Shown: positions 19,754 through 30,606, counted from the stretch's first letter. The stretch is 64,000 nt of DNA from Candidatus Bathyarchaeia archaeon (GCA_038883775.1 JAVZLM010000004.1:96001-160000); one strand, 5' to 3'. Notes: generated by a model not told the origin, from the letters alone. Made by a program: numbers and translations.

Positions 19754-21322
19754 ATGGCTTTGGCGAAAGAGCCTAGTGTTGAGGAAAAGATTAACCGTTT
19801 AAGGGAATTGAATGAGCAAGCTAAACTTGGCGGTGGACAAAAGCGCATTGAAGAGCAACATGCTAAAGGTAAGTTAACAGCCAGAGAACGTATTGAATTG
19901 TTGCTTGATCCTGGCAGTTTCAATGAGCTTGACCGTTTTGTGGTTCATCAATGCACAGAATTTGGCATGGCGGAACGCAAATATCTCGGCGACGGCGTTG
20001 TAACTGGCTACGGCACAATTGACGGCAGACTTGTCTACATTTTCAGTCAAGACTTCACTGTTTTTGGTGGTTCCTTGGGTGAAATGTTTGCAAAAAAAGT
20101 TTGTAAAATAATGGATTTAGCCATAAAAGCTGGAGCGCCAGTCATAGGCTTAAATGACAGCGGTGGTGCACGCATACAAGAGGGCGTGGCAAGCCTTGCT
20201 GGTTACGGAGATATTTTCTTCCGCAACGTCATAAGCTCAGGTGTAATTCCACAGATAAGCGCTATAATGGGTCCATGCGCTGGCGGAGCCGTCTATTCGC
20301 CCGCACTAACAGACTTCATAATTATGGTTGACAAGACAAGTCACATGTTTATCACTGGTCCAGATGTGGTTAAAGCTGCTTTGGGGCAGGAGGTTACGTT
20401 TGAAGAGTTGGGCGGCGCCATGGTGCATAGCACAACCAGCGGTGTAGCCCATTTTATAGCCCAAAGCGAAGAGCATTGTATGCAGATTATTAAGAAACTT
20501 TTGAGCTATTTGCCAAGCAATTATCTTGAAGACCCGCCAGCAGTAGAGCCCACAGATGACCCAGACCGTACCGATGAGGATTTGGCGAGAATTCTTCCAG
20601 ATGACCCGGACAAGCCTTATGATGTTAAGGAGGTTATTACTCGTGTGGTTGATAATGGCGAATTCTTTGAGATTCAGCCCCTTTGGGCGCAGAACATTGT
20701 TATTGGTTTTGCAAGGTTGAATGGCAAAACAGTAGGCATAGTGGCTAACCAACCGTTGCATTATGCTGGAGCCCTAGACATAAACAGCAGCATGAAAGCG
20801 GGACGCTTCATACGCTTCTGCGACTGCTTCAACATCCCAATAATAACATTCGTAGACGTGCCAGGATTCTTGCCAGGTCTTGAACAGGAACACGGCGGAA
20901 TAATAAGGCATGGCTCAAAACTTTTATACGCTTATTGCGAAGCTACTGTGCCAAAAATCACCACTATACTGCGCAAAGCTTATGGTGGAGCATATGACGT
21001 TATGGGCTCCAAACATTCAGGGGCAGACATAAACTATGCTTGGCCAACAGCCGAAATAGCCGTTATGGGACCTCAAGGCGCCATAAACATAATTTTCCGA
21101 AAGGAAATAACTGAGGCTGAAAACCCAGAGCAAAAACGGATGGAACTTGTAAGCGAATATCGCCAAAAATTTGCAAATCCATATGTGGCAGCCCAGAAGG
21201 GCTATATAGATGAGGTGATTGAACCAGCAGAAACAAGACCAAAACTCATCAGTGCATTAGAAAGCCTAATCATGAAAAGAGAGCCTAGACCATCCAGAAA
21301 ACATGGAAATATACCATTATAG
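19754..21322 (+). CDS. Methylmalonyl-/propionyl-CoA carboxyltransferase (PccB / MmdA / transcarboxylase 12S-like)
   Basis: [47 protein letters not shown] and KHGNIPL motifs. Confidence 0.93.
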   Translation: MALAKEPSVEEKINRLRELNEQAKLGGGQKRIEEQHAKGKLTARERIELLLDPGSFNELDRFVVHQCTEFGMAERKYLGDGVVTGYGTIDGRLVYIFSQDFTVFGGSLGEMFAKKVCKIMDLAIKAGAPVIGLNDSGGARIQEGVASLAGYGDIFFRNVISSGVIPQISAIMGPCAGGAVYSPALTDFIIMVDKTSHMFITGPDVVKAALGQEVTFEELGGAMVHSTTSGVAHFIAQSEEHCMQIIKKLLSYLPSNYLEDPPAVEPTDDPDRTDEDLARILPDDPDKPYDVKEVITRVVDNGEFFEIQPLWAQNIVIGFARLNGKTVGIVANQPLHYAGALDINSSMKAGRFIRFCDCFNIPIITFVDVPGFLPGLEQEHGGIIRHGSKLLYAYCEATVPKITTILRKAYGGAYDVMGSKHSGADINYAWPTAEIAVMGPQGAINIIFRKEITEAENPEQKRMELVSEYRQKFANPYVAAQKGYIDEVIEPAETRPKLISALESLIMKREPRPSRKHGNIPL

Positions 21323-21382
21323 ATTAATAGTAGCTCAGCCATTCTTTCAAACTCTAAAAATACTAGAGGGGCTAGGCAATTT

Positions 21383-22924
21383 ATGGCTTCGAAACCAGTT
21401 AAAATCACCGACACCACATTTAGAGACGCTCATCAGTCGCTTATGGCTACAAGGATGCGCACTGATGCCATGCTTCCCATAGCTGAAAAAATTGACAAAG
21501 TTGGCTTTTTCTCTTTGGAAATGTGGGGAGGAGCCACATTCGACGTTTGCATACGCTATTTAGGCGAAGACCCGTGGGAAAGAATACGCCAACTAAAACG
21601 CCACATAAAAAGAACCCCGCTTCAAATGCTGTTGCGGGGACAAAACATAGTTGGCTATCGCAATTATCCAGATGATGTTCTCATAAAATTTGTTGAGAAG
21701 GCGGCTGAAAATGGCATAGACATATTTCGAGTTTTTGACGCCTTAAACGACGTAAGAAACATGGAAGTGGCCATAAAAACCGTTAAAAAAATGGGCAAAC
21801 ACGCTCAAGGAACTATTTGCTACACTATAAGCCCAGTTCACACAATCCAATATTATGTTAAAGTTGCAAAAAAATTGACAGAACTCGATTGTGATTCTAT
21901 ATGCATAAAGGACATGGCTGGAATGCTTGCGCCTCAGCCAGCCTATGAGCTTATAACTGCCCTAAAAAAGGAGATAAGCCTACCCATACATTTGCACAGT
22001 CACAGCACAAGCGGCATGGTTATGATGACATACCTCCGAGCATGCGAAGCTGGAGTAGACATAATAGACGCAGCCTTTTCACCTTTCGCATGGGGTACAT
22101 CACAACCGCCAGTAGAATCCATCGTAGCTGCTTTAAAGGGAACCCCGTACGACCCGGGACTTGACTTGGAATTTTTAAGCGAGATTGCAGATTACTTCCG
22201 AGAGTTACGAGAAAAATATTATGACCCTTTAAAGTTAATAGATCAAAAAGCTGAACGGGTTGACACGTCCATCATTGTGCATCAGATTCCGGGCGGAATG
22301 TTCTCCAACCTTCTCGAACAATTAAGGGAACAAAAAGCGCTTGACAGGTTAAAGGAGGTTCTTGAAGAAGTTCCGAGGGTTAGAAAAGAGTTGGGTTATC
22401 CTCCTTTAGTAACGCCTACAAGTCAGCTTGTGGGTATACAAGCCGTTTTTAACGTTATTTCTGGTAAACGCTACAGCATAGTGCCAAAAGAGATAAAGGA
22501 TTATGTGAAGGGCTTATATGGAAGACCGCCAGCCCCCATAGACCCTAAAGTGAAAAAGAAGATAATAGGCGATGAAGAACCCATAACTTGTCGTCCAGCT
22601 GACCTTTTAGAAAGTGCCCTTGACAAAATTCCTGAAGAAGTAAAACCCTACATCGAAAGTGAAGAAGACAAGATAACTTATGCGCTTTTTCCCCAAGTAG
22701 CCCTAGAATTCTTTAAAAAGAGAAAAGCAAAAAAGGAAGAAGCCAAAGCTGAAATTCCAACAGAAAGAATCACAGAGCTGGAGGACGTTGCCGCAGTCTC
22801 TGTGGCTGTTGTTACCTACATTAAAAGTTTGGGAAAAGCCAAAGCATTAATACCCGTGCGACCAAAGGGAATAACATCTGCTTGGGTTTTAGCTGGACGA
22901 AAAAGCTTCGAACTTGGTGTTTAA
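21383..22924 (+). CDS. Pyruvate/oxaloacetate carboxyltransferase lacking a biotinyl domain (transcarboxylase 5S / OadA / PycB-like)
   Basis: RDAHQSL, WGGATFD, MLLRGQN, IKDMAG, HSH, QIPGGM.SN and LVTPTSQ motifs; no AMKM motif. Confidence 0.9.
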   Translation: MASKPVKITDTTFRDAHQSLMATRMRTDAMLPIAEKIDKVGFFSLEMWGGATFDVCIRYLGEDPWERIRQLKRHIKRTPLQMLLRGQNIVGYRNYPDDVLIKFVEKAAENGIDIFRVFDALNDVRNMEVAIKTVKKMGKHAQGTICYTISPVHTIQYYVKVAKKLTELDCDSICIKDMAGMLAPQPAYELITALKKEISLPIHLHSHSTSGMVMMTYLRACEAGVDIIDAAFSPFAWGTSQPPVESIVAALKGTPYDPGLDLEFLSEIADYFRELREKYYDPLKLIDQKAERVDTSIIVHQIPGGMFSNLLEQLREQKALDRLKEVLEEVPRVRKELGYPPLVTPTSQLVGIQAVFNVISGKRYSIVPKEIKDYVKGLYGRPPAPIDPKVKKKIIGDEEPITCRPADLLESALDKIPEEVKPYIESEEDKITYALFPQVALEFFKKRKAKKEEAKAEIPTERITELEDVAAVSVAVVTYIKSLGKAKALIPVRPKGITSAWVLAGRKSFELGV

Positions 22925-22925
22925 A

Positions 22926-23480
22926 ATGCCAATTTACGAAGTCCTCATTGACGGCAAACCGAGAAAAATCGAGTTGACAAAGACTGGAGAGAACACTTTT
23001 TCAGTTATACTGGATGGAAAGCCTTTAAAGGTGGAGTTACCAGCTGAAAAGCTTACATTAGAAAAGGTTTTTTCAATAAAAATTGATGACAAAACATATC
23101 AAGTAAATTTGCCCGAACTAAAAAGGGAAGAGCCTTTTTCGGTCAAAGTTGAAGAGGCAGTTTTTAAGGCTGAAGTCAAAGCACCAACAAGAAAACCCAT
23201 ACCGACAACTTTTGAACCCACCACAGTAACGCCTACAATAAGACCGGTAGAAACAAAGCCAGCAGTGGAAGGAACTGTGACTGCGCCCATGACTGGAAAA
23301 ATTCTTTCAATAAAAGTCAAGAAAGGCGAACAAGTGAAAGCCGGTCAGGTTCTCTGCATTCTTGAAGCAATGAAAATGGAAAACGAGATTGCAGCCCCAA
23401 AAAGCGGAACCATTCAAGAAATACTCGTTTCTGAGGGTTCTTCAGTCAACGAAGGAGAAGCCCTCTTCATTATCGTTTAG
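22926..23480 (+). CDS. Biotin carboxyl carrier protein (1.3S / MmdC-like)
   Basis: EAMKMENEI biotinylation motif after a Pro/Thr-rich linker; ATG lies 1 bp after the previous stop. Confidence 0.93.
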   Translation: MPIYEVLIDGKPRKIELTKTGENTFSVILDGKPLKVELPAEKLTLEKVFSIKIDDKTYQVNLPELKREEPFSVKVEEAVFKAEVKAPTRKPIPTTFEPTTVTPTIRPVETKPAVEGTVTAPMTGKILSIKVKKGEQVKAGQVLCILEAMKMENEIAAPKSGTIQEILVSEGSSVNEGEALFIIV

Positions 23481-25168
23481 AAAATGGAAGGTGGTTTATA
23501 CTCGCCGAAAACTTCCCGCAGAGTGTCGCAAATTTCTCCTATGGTTGCGTATTCTTTCACTGCTTGAATCATTAAGGGCATCAGATTCACATCTTCTTTC
23601 TCAGCAGCTAAGCGCAATTTATCCAAGGCTTCTTTAACTTTCGCCTGGTTTCTTTGCCGTTTTATTTGTTTTAAGCGTTCCACAAGCGTCTTTTCTATTT
23701 CTGGGTCTATCTGCAAAATTTTTATCGGCGTTTCCTCCTGCGTCACAAAATCGTTTACGCCAACAATTATGCGCTTCTTTGTTTCCACCTCTCTTTGGAA
23801 GCGATAAGCACTTTCCACGATTTCTCTTTGCATAAACCCTTTCTCGATGGCGGCAACAGCCCCTCCCATTTCATCAATTTTTTCAATGTATTTTGCCGCG
23901 CGTTCTTCTATCTCATTTGTCAAGTACTCCACATAATATGAGCCTGCAAGGGGGTCTATGGTTTCGGCTACTCCGCTTTCATAAGCTATTATCTGCTGGG
24001 TCCTAAGCGCAACCGTAACGGCTTGCTCGCTTGGCAAGGCATAAGCTTCATCAAAAGAGTTTGTATGCAAAGACTGGGTTCCACCCAAAACTGCAGCCAA
24101 AGCTTGAATGGCAACTCTGATAATGTTATTGTAAGGTTGCTGCGCCGTTAAGGCAACACCAGAAGTTTGTGTGTGAAAACGCAACATCCAAGATGCAGGG
24201 TTTTTGGCTTTGAAATGTTCTCGCATTATTTTAGCCCACAGCCTTCTGGCAGCTCTAAATTTGGCTATTTCTTCGAAGAAGTTGTTGTGGGCTGCGAAAA
24301 AGAAGGATAATCTTCCCGCGAACCTATCCAAATCTAAGCCCTTTTCGATGGCTGCTTGCACATAGGCGATGGCGTTTGCCAATGTGAAGGCTACTTCTTG
24401 AACGGCTGTTGCTCCCGCCTCGCGGATGTGGTAACCGCTTATGCTTATAGTATTCCATAGAGGCATGTGTTGAGAGCAATATTCGAATATGTCTGTGACT
24501 AAACGCATTGAGGGTTTAGGTGGAAAAATGTACATGCCCCTAGCTGCATACTCTTTCAAAATATCATTCTGCACTGTTCCCCCAAGCTGGGATGGTTCGG
24601 CGCCTTGTTTTTGTCCAACTGCTATGTACATGGCAAGCAAAACGGTTGCTGGAGCATTAATGGTCATGGAAGTTGTAATTTCTTTTAAGGGAATTCCGTC
24701 GAAGACTATTTCCATATCCATTAAAGTGCTAACGCTTACGCCAGCCCTTCCAACTTCGCCTCGCGCCATGGGGTGGTCGCAGTCATAACCCACTTGTGTT
24801 GGAAAGTCAAAAGCCACGCTTAAGCCTCTTTGACCTTGTTGGAGCAAGTATTTGAAGCGCTGATTAGTTTGTTCAGCCGTTCCAAAACCAGCATACTGCC
24901 TCATAGTCCATAGTCTAGCCCTATACATGGTCGGATAAACGCCACGAGTAAAGGGATATTCTCCAGGAAAACCCAAATCTCCTAAATAGTCAAGTTTTTC
25001 AATGTCAACGGGCGTATAAACCCTACTTACTGGGATTTCTGAACTTGTTAAAAATTCGCCTTTTTCTGGAAGCCTTTCAAGACTTTTAGATACGGTTTCT
25101 TTCTCCCACTTTTCCCTACGTTGTTTAATTTCTTCCATCATTTGCTTGTTAAACATCATTGAAAACAC
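23477..25168 (-). CDS. Methylmalonyl-CoA mutase, large (catalytic) subunit
   Basis: [39 protein letters not shown] and GGTQSLHTN motifs; no B12-binding DxHxxG domain. The true start may be 3-4 codons later. Confidence 0.93.
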   Translation of the reverse strand: MFSMMFNKQMMEEIKQRREKWEKETVSKSLERLPEKGEFLTSSEIPVSRVYTPVDIEKLDYLGDLGFPGEYPFTRGVYPTMYRARLWTMRQYAGFGTAEQTNQRFKYLLQQGQRGLSVAFDFPTQVGYDCDHPMARGEVGRAGVSVSTLMDMEIVFDGIPLKEITTSMTINAPATVLLAMYIAVGQKQGAEPSQLGGTVQNDILKEYAARGMYIFPPKPSMRLVTDIFEYCSQHMPLWNTISISGYHIREAGATAVQEVAFTLANAIAYVQAAIEKGLDLDRFAGRLSFFFAAHNNFFEEIAKFRAARRLWAKIMREHFKAKNPASWMLRFHTQTSGVALTAQQPYNNIIRVAIQALAAVLGGTQSLHTNSFDEAYALPSEQAVTVALRTQQIIAYESGVAETIDPLAGSYYVEYLTNEIEERAAKYIEKIDEMGGAVAAIEKGFMQREIVESAYRFQREVETKKRIIVGVNDFVTQEETPIKILQIDPEIEKTLVERLKQIKRQRNQAKVKEALDKLRLAAEKEDVNLMPLMIQAVKEYATIGEICDTLREVFGEYKPPSIF

Positions 25169-25296
25169 CTAACGAGCCTGTTTAGGCATCTTCAATTGTT
25201 TCATATATTTAGACATTTTCTTAAGTGATGCGCTTATAAGAAGCTATTAGCGTCTAATAGTCTTCAACGTATTTTTCATCATAAATCCAATAGAAA

Positions 25297-26061
25297 TCAT
25301 TTTTGCCCAACAACAAAAACGAAATTATCAATTTGTTTTATCCAGTTGCCATACTTTCTCTTAACTCTATCTCGAAAAAATTTAAATCCTTTTTGAAAAG
25401 AATCTTCGCTGAGCAAGGTCAGGGTAGATATGTATTTGTTTTTAACTCTCTTCAAATACTCTTTTGTAGAAATGTATCCCCTATCATATCTAAGGATATG
25501 ATAATGAACATCCTTGAAGTCGACCATTTTCATCATCCTCTTTAACGAAGGAATGGTTGGAAACCTTTTCAGGTCTATCGCTAACACTCCTGGGAAATAA
25601 CGGAGAACATGCTTCTTAATTCGTGCATGTGAGTTCGTCATAATTACACATTTTCCATTCTTCTTTAAGACGCGATGAATTTCTTGCAACGCCAGCTTTT
25701 TATCTTCTATGTGGTGAATAACTAGTGTCATGTAAACACAATCAAAAACGCTGTCTCTGAAAGGTAATCTTTGTCCATCCCCTCGAATCCACAGAATACG
25801 TTTAGATTTATCTTTAGCTAAGGCTTGTTTAAGCATATCAATCGAAAGGTCCAAAGCATAGAGCAAGCAGTTTTTAGCAACAAACAGAGATATTGAAAAT
25901 CTACCCGTGCCGCATCCAACGTCCAAAACCGCGCATTTCTGTTCAATTTTTCCGTATTCAATAATTTTTGAAAGCCAATAGTCAACATCGCTCATTCTAA
26001 ATCTATCATAATGTCTCGCAATTTTCGAATAATCAGTCTTCGGAATCCCAGAGTTATACAT
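25297..26061 (-). CDS. Class I SAM-dependent methyltransferase
   Basis: VLDVGCGTG, DLS..ML and LPF.D..FD motifs. Confidence 0.88.
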   Translation of the reverse strand: MYNSGIPKTDYSKIARHYDRFRMSDVDYWLSKIIEYGKIEQKCAVLDVGCGTGRFSISLFVAKNCLLYALDLSIDMLKQALAKDKSKRILWIRGDGQRLPFRDSVFDCVYMTLVIHHIEDKKLALQEIHRVLKKNGKCVIMTNSHARIKKHVLRYFPGVLAIDLKRFPTIPSLKRMMKMVDFKDVHYHILRYDRGYISTKEYLKRVKNKYISTLTLLSEDSFQKGFKFFRDRVKRKYGNWIKQIDNFVFVVGQK

Positions 26062-26111
26062 CGTTCCTTCTAAGTTTCACTTTATTGTCGCTTATTATTT
26101 ATTATTACTAT

Positions 26112-26543
26112 CTAATGCTCTTCCTTCATCATTCTTACAGCTTCTTTTAGAAACTTTTCAAAGAAGCTTCTTTTTAGTTTTGGTCCTTTGCCAATGTTTG
26201 GGCACTCATTTGTATATATAAATTTGAAACAGCCATTTTTACTGCTTTCAAGTTGGAAGGGGTAGAACTTGCATATTAACGGTCTTATCCTATAAATGGA
26301 ACATAGATTATCTTTAAGGAATACACATTTTCCCTCGGCAGTTTTTCTCATTTGATAAACGTAAGGCTGAAAGCCTTTAACCTTTTCAGCAAAATCTTCA
26401 ACATTTTTAAAAGCTTCACTTGCTATGCGTTCAGCCTCCTTCTTTAAAAGAAGAATAGACCTAACCCTTTCTTTAGTGTCGCCGCAGCATATAGCGCATC
26501 TTTCGCATTTGAAATGAACATTTTTAGGATATTCAAAAATCAA
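26112..26543 (-). CDS. YkgJ-family cysteine-cluster protein
   Basis: CERCAICC, C.FL...C.IY..RP..C..YPF motifs. Confidence 0.85.
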   Translation of the reverse strand: MIFEYPKNVHFKCERCAICCGDTKERVRSILLLKKEAERIASEAFKNVEDFAEKVKGFQPYVYQMRKTAEGKCVFLKDNLCSIYRIRPLICKFYPFQLESSKNGCFKFIYTNECPNIGKGPKLKRSFFEKFLKEAVRMMKEEH

Positions 26544-26587
26544 GCGTTTTCTCTCTCAGAAACTTACGTTTATGTTTTTGCATGATA

Positions 26588-27118
26588 TTAGTATTTGCTT
26601 ATTTCTTCTCCAACTTTATAGAAGAAGCCATCTTCTCCTATCCACTTAAACAGCAAACCCTCATTCCACCTGTAACCTTTGCGAACATGAGCTGCAACCA
26701 CTTCGCCTATAAACCAAACATGGTCGCCAACTTCCACCTCTTTAACAACCTTGCATTCAATGCTGACGGGGCTTTCTTTGATGAGTGGTGCGTTTACTTT
26801 ACTTCCCTTTTCAGGAGTAAGCTTAGCCGTTTCAAATTTGTCTACTTCTCGCCCAGATTTTTCTCCACAAATTCGTGTAGCCTCAATAAGTTTTTCATCA
26901 ACTGCATTAACCACATACTCTTTGCTTTGGCGGATTAGTTCATAAGAGTATCTTGAAGGAGCTATGCCAACCCCAACAAGGGTTGGTTTTCCGGAGAAGA
27001 AGGCGAACATACCGATTGTTATGATGTTCTTTTTGCCTTTATGTTCCATGGAAACCAAATAAACTGGTCTTACTGGAAATTGCCTTAACCCTTCGGAAAC
27101 TGGAACCTCCTCTTTCAT
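26588..27118 (-). CDS. Flavin reductase-like FMN-binding protein
   Basis: CG..SGR.VDKF, AP.I.E....IEC and GDH..FIGEV motifs. Confidence 0.88.
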   Translation of the reverse strand: MKEEVPVSEGLRQFPVRPVYLVSMEHKGKKNIITIGMFAFFSGKPTLVGVGIAPSRYSYELIRQSKEYVVNAVDEKLIEATRICGEKSGREVDKFETAKLTPEKGSKVNAPLIKESPVSIECKVVKEVEVGDHVWFIGEVVAAHVRKGYRWNEGLLFKWIGEDGFFYKVGEEISKY

Positions 27119-27251
27119 TCATGCAAACTCCTTAATAGCGTGAAAATGTTAGCAGCACAACCCGATATTAATTTAGCGATTAAAATTGTGATAAATGATT
27201 ATATTAATGAGTTTGAACCATGATATTATAGAAGCTTTCGAGGTTTCGCCA

Positions 27252-27542
27252 TTGAAGGTTAAAGTGGAATACTTCGGCCATGTAAGAAATATCATTAAAA
27301 GTGGTCGAGAAGAAGAGATTGAAATTCAGGATGACGCTTCCATAGCAGACTTACTGCTTAAGCTTTCTGAAAAATACGGCGAACCCTTCCAAAAGGCTTT
27401 TTACGAACCAAAAGGCAAGGATGTAAAAACAAACTACATAATCACAGTGAACGGCTACTTACTGAATCAGCTGGATGGCATAAAAACAAAACTTAAAAAC
27501 GGAGACCATGTGGCGTTGCTTCCCATAGTCAGCGGCGGATAA
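27252..27542 (+). CDS. MoaD/ThiS-family ubiquitin-like sulfur carrier (SAMP-like)
   Basis: Beta-grasp pattern VKVEYFG..., VNG, L..GD.V..LP.VSGG with a C-terminal GG; start taken at TTG 27252 after GAGGT. Confidence 0.88.
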   Translation: MKVKVEYFGHVRNIIKSGREEEIEIQDDASIADLLLKLSEKYGEPFQKAFYEPKGKDVKTNYIITVNGYLLNQLDGIKTKLKNGDHVALLPIVSGG

Positions 27543-27589
27543 AAGCCAACCCTTTTGCAAAAGATTTTAAACCAAACACTAATCTATGT

Positions 27590-28684
27590 TTGTTTCTGGA
27601 AGGTGAAAAAGTGGATAGGATAGAAGCTTTAAAACAGAAAGCTTTCGAACAAAAAGGCTTTGACGGATTTTTGATTGTAAATGAAATTAACGCTTTATAC
27701 CTTTCGGGGTGCCCCGGATTAGCATGCTTGCTAATACCAAAAAATGGCGAGAATAAGGCATACGTTTACAATGTCAACTATGAGCAAGCGAAGGCCGAAG
27801 CCAAAGGTTTTAATGTTGAGTTGGTGAAGCGCAGCGAAAATTTGATGGCAAAAGTTGCAGAGCAAGCGAAAGCTTTCAAAATAAAAAAGTTGGCCATAGA
27901 CATGCTAAATGTTGAGAATTACCGCAAACTTGCAAAGGAGTTGAGGGGCAAAGTAAAGCTAAGCTTTAAAGGAAATCTTGTCTGGGAACTGCGCAAGGTT
28001 AAGGATGAAGAAGAGCTCGAATATATGCGAAAAGCTGGAAAAATAACAATGGAAGGAATGAAGGTAGCCTATGAAGTAATTAAGCCTGGCATAAAAGAGA
28101 TTGAAGCTGCTGCGGAAATAGAATATGCCATGCGAAAGAGAGATTCTTGGGGAACAGCCTTCGACACCATACTGGCTTCTGGCGTGCGTTCAGCCTTCCC
28201 TCACGGAGGCTGCACAGACAAAGAAATTAAAAATGGCGACTTGGTTGTTGTTGACGTAGGAGCAGCTTACAAGTACTATCGCTCCGACATGACAAGAACC
28301 ATTGTAGCTGGAAAACCATCAAATAAACAAATCAAACTTTACGAGGTTGTTAAAGAGGCGCAGGAAAATGCCTTCCAAGCAGTAAAGCCAAAAGCGAAAG
28401 CAAAGGAAATAGATAATGCTGCCAGAAAAGTCATAGAGAAAGCGGGATATGGAGAATATTTTGTTCACGGATTAGGCCATGGCGTAGGCTTAGAAGTTCA
28501 TGAACCACCAACGCTGAATCCGGAAAGCAAGGATAAACTAGCAATTGGAAATGTTGTTACGATAGAGCCTGGCATATATATTATTGGTTTTGGAGGCGTC
28601 CGCATTGAAGACACGGTTTTAGTTGGGAGGAGTAAGGCTGAAAAATTCACAGAAGGCTTCTACACTTTAGAGAGTGCGAAATGA
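27590..28684 (+). CDS. Xaa-Pro peptidase (M24B)
   Basis: PHG, DVGA..Y.SDMTRT, HGLGHGVGLEVHE, TIEPGIY and GVRIED motifs. Confidence 0.92.
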   Translation: MFLEGEKVDRIEALKQKAFEQKGFDGFLIVNEINALYLSGCPGLACLLIPKNGENKAYVYNVNYEQAKAEAKGFNVELVKRSENLMAKVAEQAKAFKIKKLAIDMLNVENYRKLAKELRGKVKLSFKGNLVWELRKVKDEEELEYMRKAGKITMEGMKVAYEVIKPGIKEIEAAAEIEYAMRKRDSWGTAFDTILASGVRSAFPHGGCTDKEIKNGDLVVVDVGAAYKYYRSDMTRTIVAGKPSNKQIKLYEVVKEAQENAFQAVKPKAKAKEIDNAARKVIEKAGYGEYFVHGLGHGVGLEVHEPPTLNPESKDKLAIGNVVTIEPGIYIIGFGGVRIEDTVLVGRSKAEKFTEGFYTLESAK

Positions 28685-28694
28685 TTAGCTTAAA

Positions 28695-28710
28695 TATGAC
28701 ATAAGGCATA
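28695..28710. promoter_or_regulatory. Palindromic operator-like site TATGAC-ATAA-GGCATA
   Basis: Overlaps the end of a TATA-like CTTAAATA upstream of the isochorismatase gene; near-identical sites at 31161 and 36016. Confidence 0.6.
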
Positions 28711-28736
28711 ATCAAAATTGTTAAAGGTGTCGCACT

Positions 28737-29303
28737 TTGAATAAAAGTGCAGTAATAATAATCGATATGCTGAATGATTTTGTTACTGGAGACCTAAAAT
28801 GTGAAAGAGCCAAACACATAATTCCAAACCTTAAAAGACTTGTAGAAACTGCCCGCAAATATGACGTTCCGGTCATTTACAGCAATGATGCTCACTACCC
28901 AAACGATCCAGAAGTCATCCATAAGTGGGGAAAACACGCCATAAAAGGAACAAAAGGCGCAGAAGTTATTCCAGAGCTTAAGCCTAAAGAGAAGGATTTT
29001 ATTGTTGAAAAAAGAACTTACAGCGGGTTCTATGAAACGGGTTTAGACCCGCTTCTTAGAAGCCTATACAACGGAGAAGGAGCAAAAACAGTGATTTTGG
29101 GCGGGTTGCACACACACATATGTGTAAGACACACGGCAGCAGACGCTTTCTTTAGAGGATACAAAATAATAATAGCGAAAGACGGAGTGGAATCTTTTAC
29201 GCAAGAAGACCATGAGCAAGGATTGAAGTATTTGGAATATGTTTACAATGCAAAAATAATGACAGTTGATGAGATTATAAAGGAAATGGGCAAGAAAGCT
29301 TAA
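28737..29303 (+). CDS. Isochorismatase/nicotinamidase-family cysteine hydrolase
   Basis: IIDMLNDF, EK..YSGF and CVRHTA.DA motifs (D-K-C triad). Confidence 0.9.
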   Translation: MNKSAVIIIDMLNDFVTGDLKCERAKHIIPNLKRLVETARKYDVPVIYSNDAHYPNDPEVIHKWGKHAIKGTKGAEVIPELKPKEKDFIVEKRTYSGFYETGLDPLLRSLYNGEGAKTVILGGLHTHICVRHTAADAFFRGYKIIIAKDGVESFTQEDHEQGLKYLEYVYNAKIMTVDEIIKEMGKKA

Positions 29304-29315
29304 GCGTGAATCGCT

Positions 29316-30116
29316 ATGGAGAAAAATGTGAGAATTGAAAATATTCAAGATTCAAACATAGAAGACCTCATTTACGTTTGCTCTTCTAAAAGGCTAGGAG
29401 ACCCAATCCATCAGCAAGGCATGGCGCTGAAAAGACAATGGGTGCATAAGATGCTTAATACTTGGGGGTTATGCGCAAAAATTGCTTACTACAACGAAAA
29501 ACCTGCCGCCCAAATACTCTATTATCCAGAAGAAGCTGACATAACCAAAGGGTTTAGGCGGGAAGGCGTTCTAATAATAAACTGCATTTACAATCCCACT
29601 TCTGAAGCGCAGAAAATTGGAATAGGCACAAGATTATTGCGAGAAGTAATTTTGGATGTTAAAAGGAAGAGGTCATGTTTGGGCGATAAGTCATGCAAAT
29701 TTATTTTGGCAAAAGCTTTTAGCACTGGCGAATTGCTTCCAATGCCAGAATTTTATAAGAGAAATGGTTTTCTCCCAACCCCGGAAGGAGGCATGTTATA
29801 CCTTCCAGTTGAGGGCAAATATGAACACGTTCCAAAAATGAAGTATGAGCCTTTAAAAGAGGATAGGGGTAAGGCAATAATATTTTATGGTCCAATATGT
29901 CAGTTTTCTTATCCCTTTGCAAAAAGAATAGAGCAAATTATCAGAGAAGTTTTACCTAACATAAAAATTGAAATGATAAACGAATGGGAAAAACCTGAAG
30001 AATCAATAAAACGCAATTGGTGGCTAATAGTTAATGCCAAGCCAATACAAACTTTCTTTATGGACACAGAAAATTTCAAAAAAGAAATAAAAGAGGCTGC
30101 AAGCCAAAACCTCTAA
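29316..30116 (+). CDS. GNAT acetyltransferase with a YoaP/thioredoxin-like C-terminal domain
   Basis: Q..GIGT.LL and FY.RNGF motifs; C-terminal IFY.P.CQFS. Confidence 0.65.
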   Translation: MEKNVRIENIQDSNIEDLIYVCSSKRLGDPIHQQGMALKRQWVHKMLNTWGLCAKIAYYNEKPAAQILYYPEEADITKGFRREGVLIINCIYNPTSEAQKIGIGTRLLREVILDVKRKRSCLGDKSCKFILAKAFSTGELLPMPEFYKRNGFLPTPEGGMLYLPVEGKYEHVPKMKYEPLKEDRGKAIIFYGPICQFSYPFAKRIEQIIREVLPNIKIEMINEWEKPEESIKRNWWLIVNAKPIQTFFMDTENFKKEIKEAASQNL

Positions 30117-30144
30117 TTACCTACGAAATTATTAATGAATAGTT

Positions 30145-30597
30145 GTGACTGGCATGGCTAAGTTTCTTATTCTTTATTATAGCCGAACTGGGAACACTGA
30201 GAAGATGGCTAAGGCTGTGACGGAAGGCGCCAAAGCTGTGCAAGGGGTTAGTGTGGAAATAGCTTATTATGTGGCTGTTGAAAATTTAACAAGTTTTGAC
30301 GCTTTAGCCTTTGGGGTTCCAACTTATCATCATGACATGCCTTTGAATATGAAGAATCTTTTAGAAGAGGCAGCAGTTAAGAAAATCGCCTTAAAAGGAA
30401 AAATCGGAGCCGCATTTGGTTCTTATGGTTGGAGCGGTGAGGCGCCACGTTTGGTTCTTGAAATTTTGAAGAACAAGTTTGAAATAGAAGTTGTTGAGCC
30501 GCCACTTCTAATCAAGTACACACCAGACAGTGATGGTTTAGAAAAATGTAGAGTGTTTGGAAGGAAAGTTGCCGAAAGACTTATGCACCTAAGCTAA
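30145..30597 (+). CDS. Flavodoxin-domain protein
   Basis: YYSRTGNTEKMA, GVPTY and AFGSYGWSGEA motifs. Confidence 0.9.
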   Translation: MTGMAKFLILYYSRTGNTEKMAKAVTEGAKAVQGVSVEIAYYVAVENLTSFDALAFGVPTYHHDMPLNMKNLLEEAAVKKIALKGKIGAAFGSYGWSGEAPRLVLEILKNKFEIEVVEPPLLIKYTPDSDGLEKCRVFGRKVAERLMHLS

Positions 30598-30606
30598 CAT
30601 GTTTTA

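Noticed and set aside
22900-22930. Possible frameshift splitting a single OadA/PycB (carboxyltransferase plus biotin domain)
   Set aside because: The upstream ORF ends in a coherent tail motif, and the downstream ORF has its own ATG right after the stop and a complete BCCP N-terminal domain. Two genes is the simpler reading.
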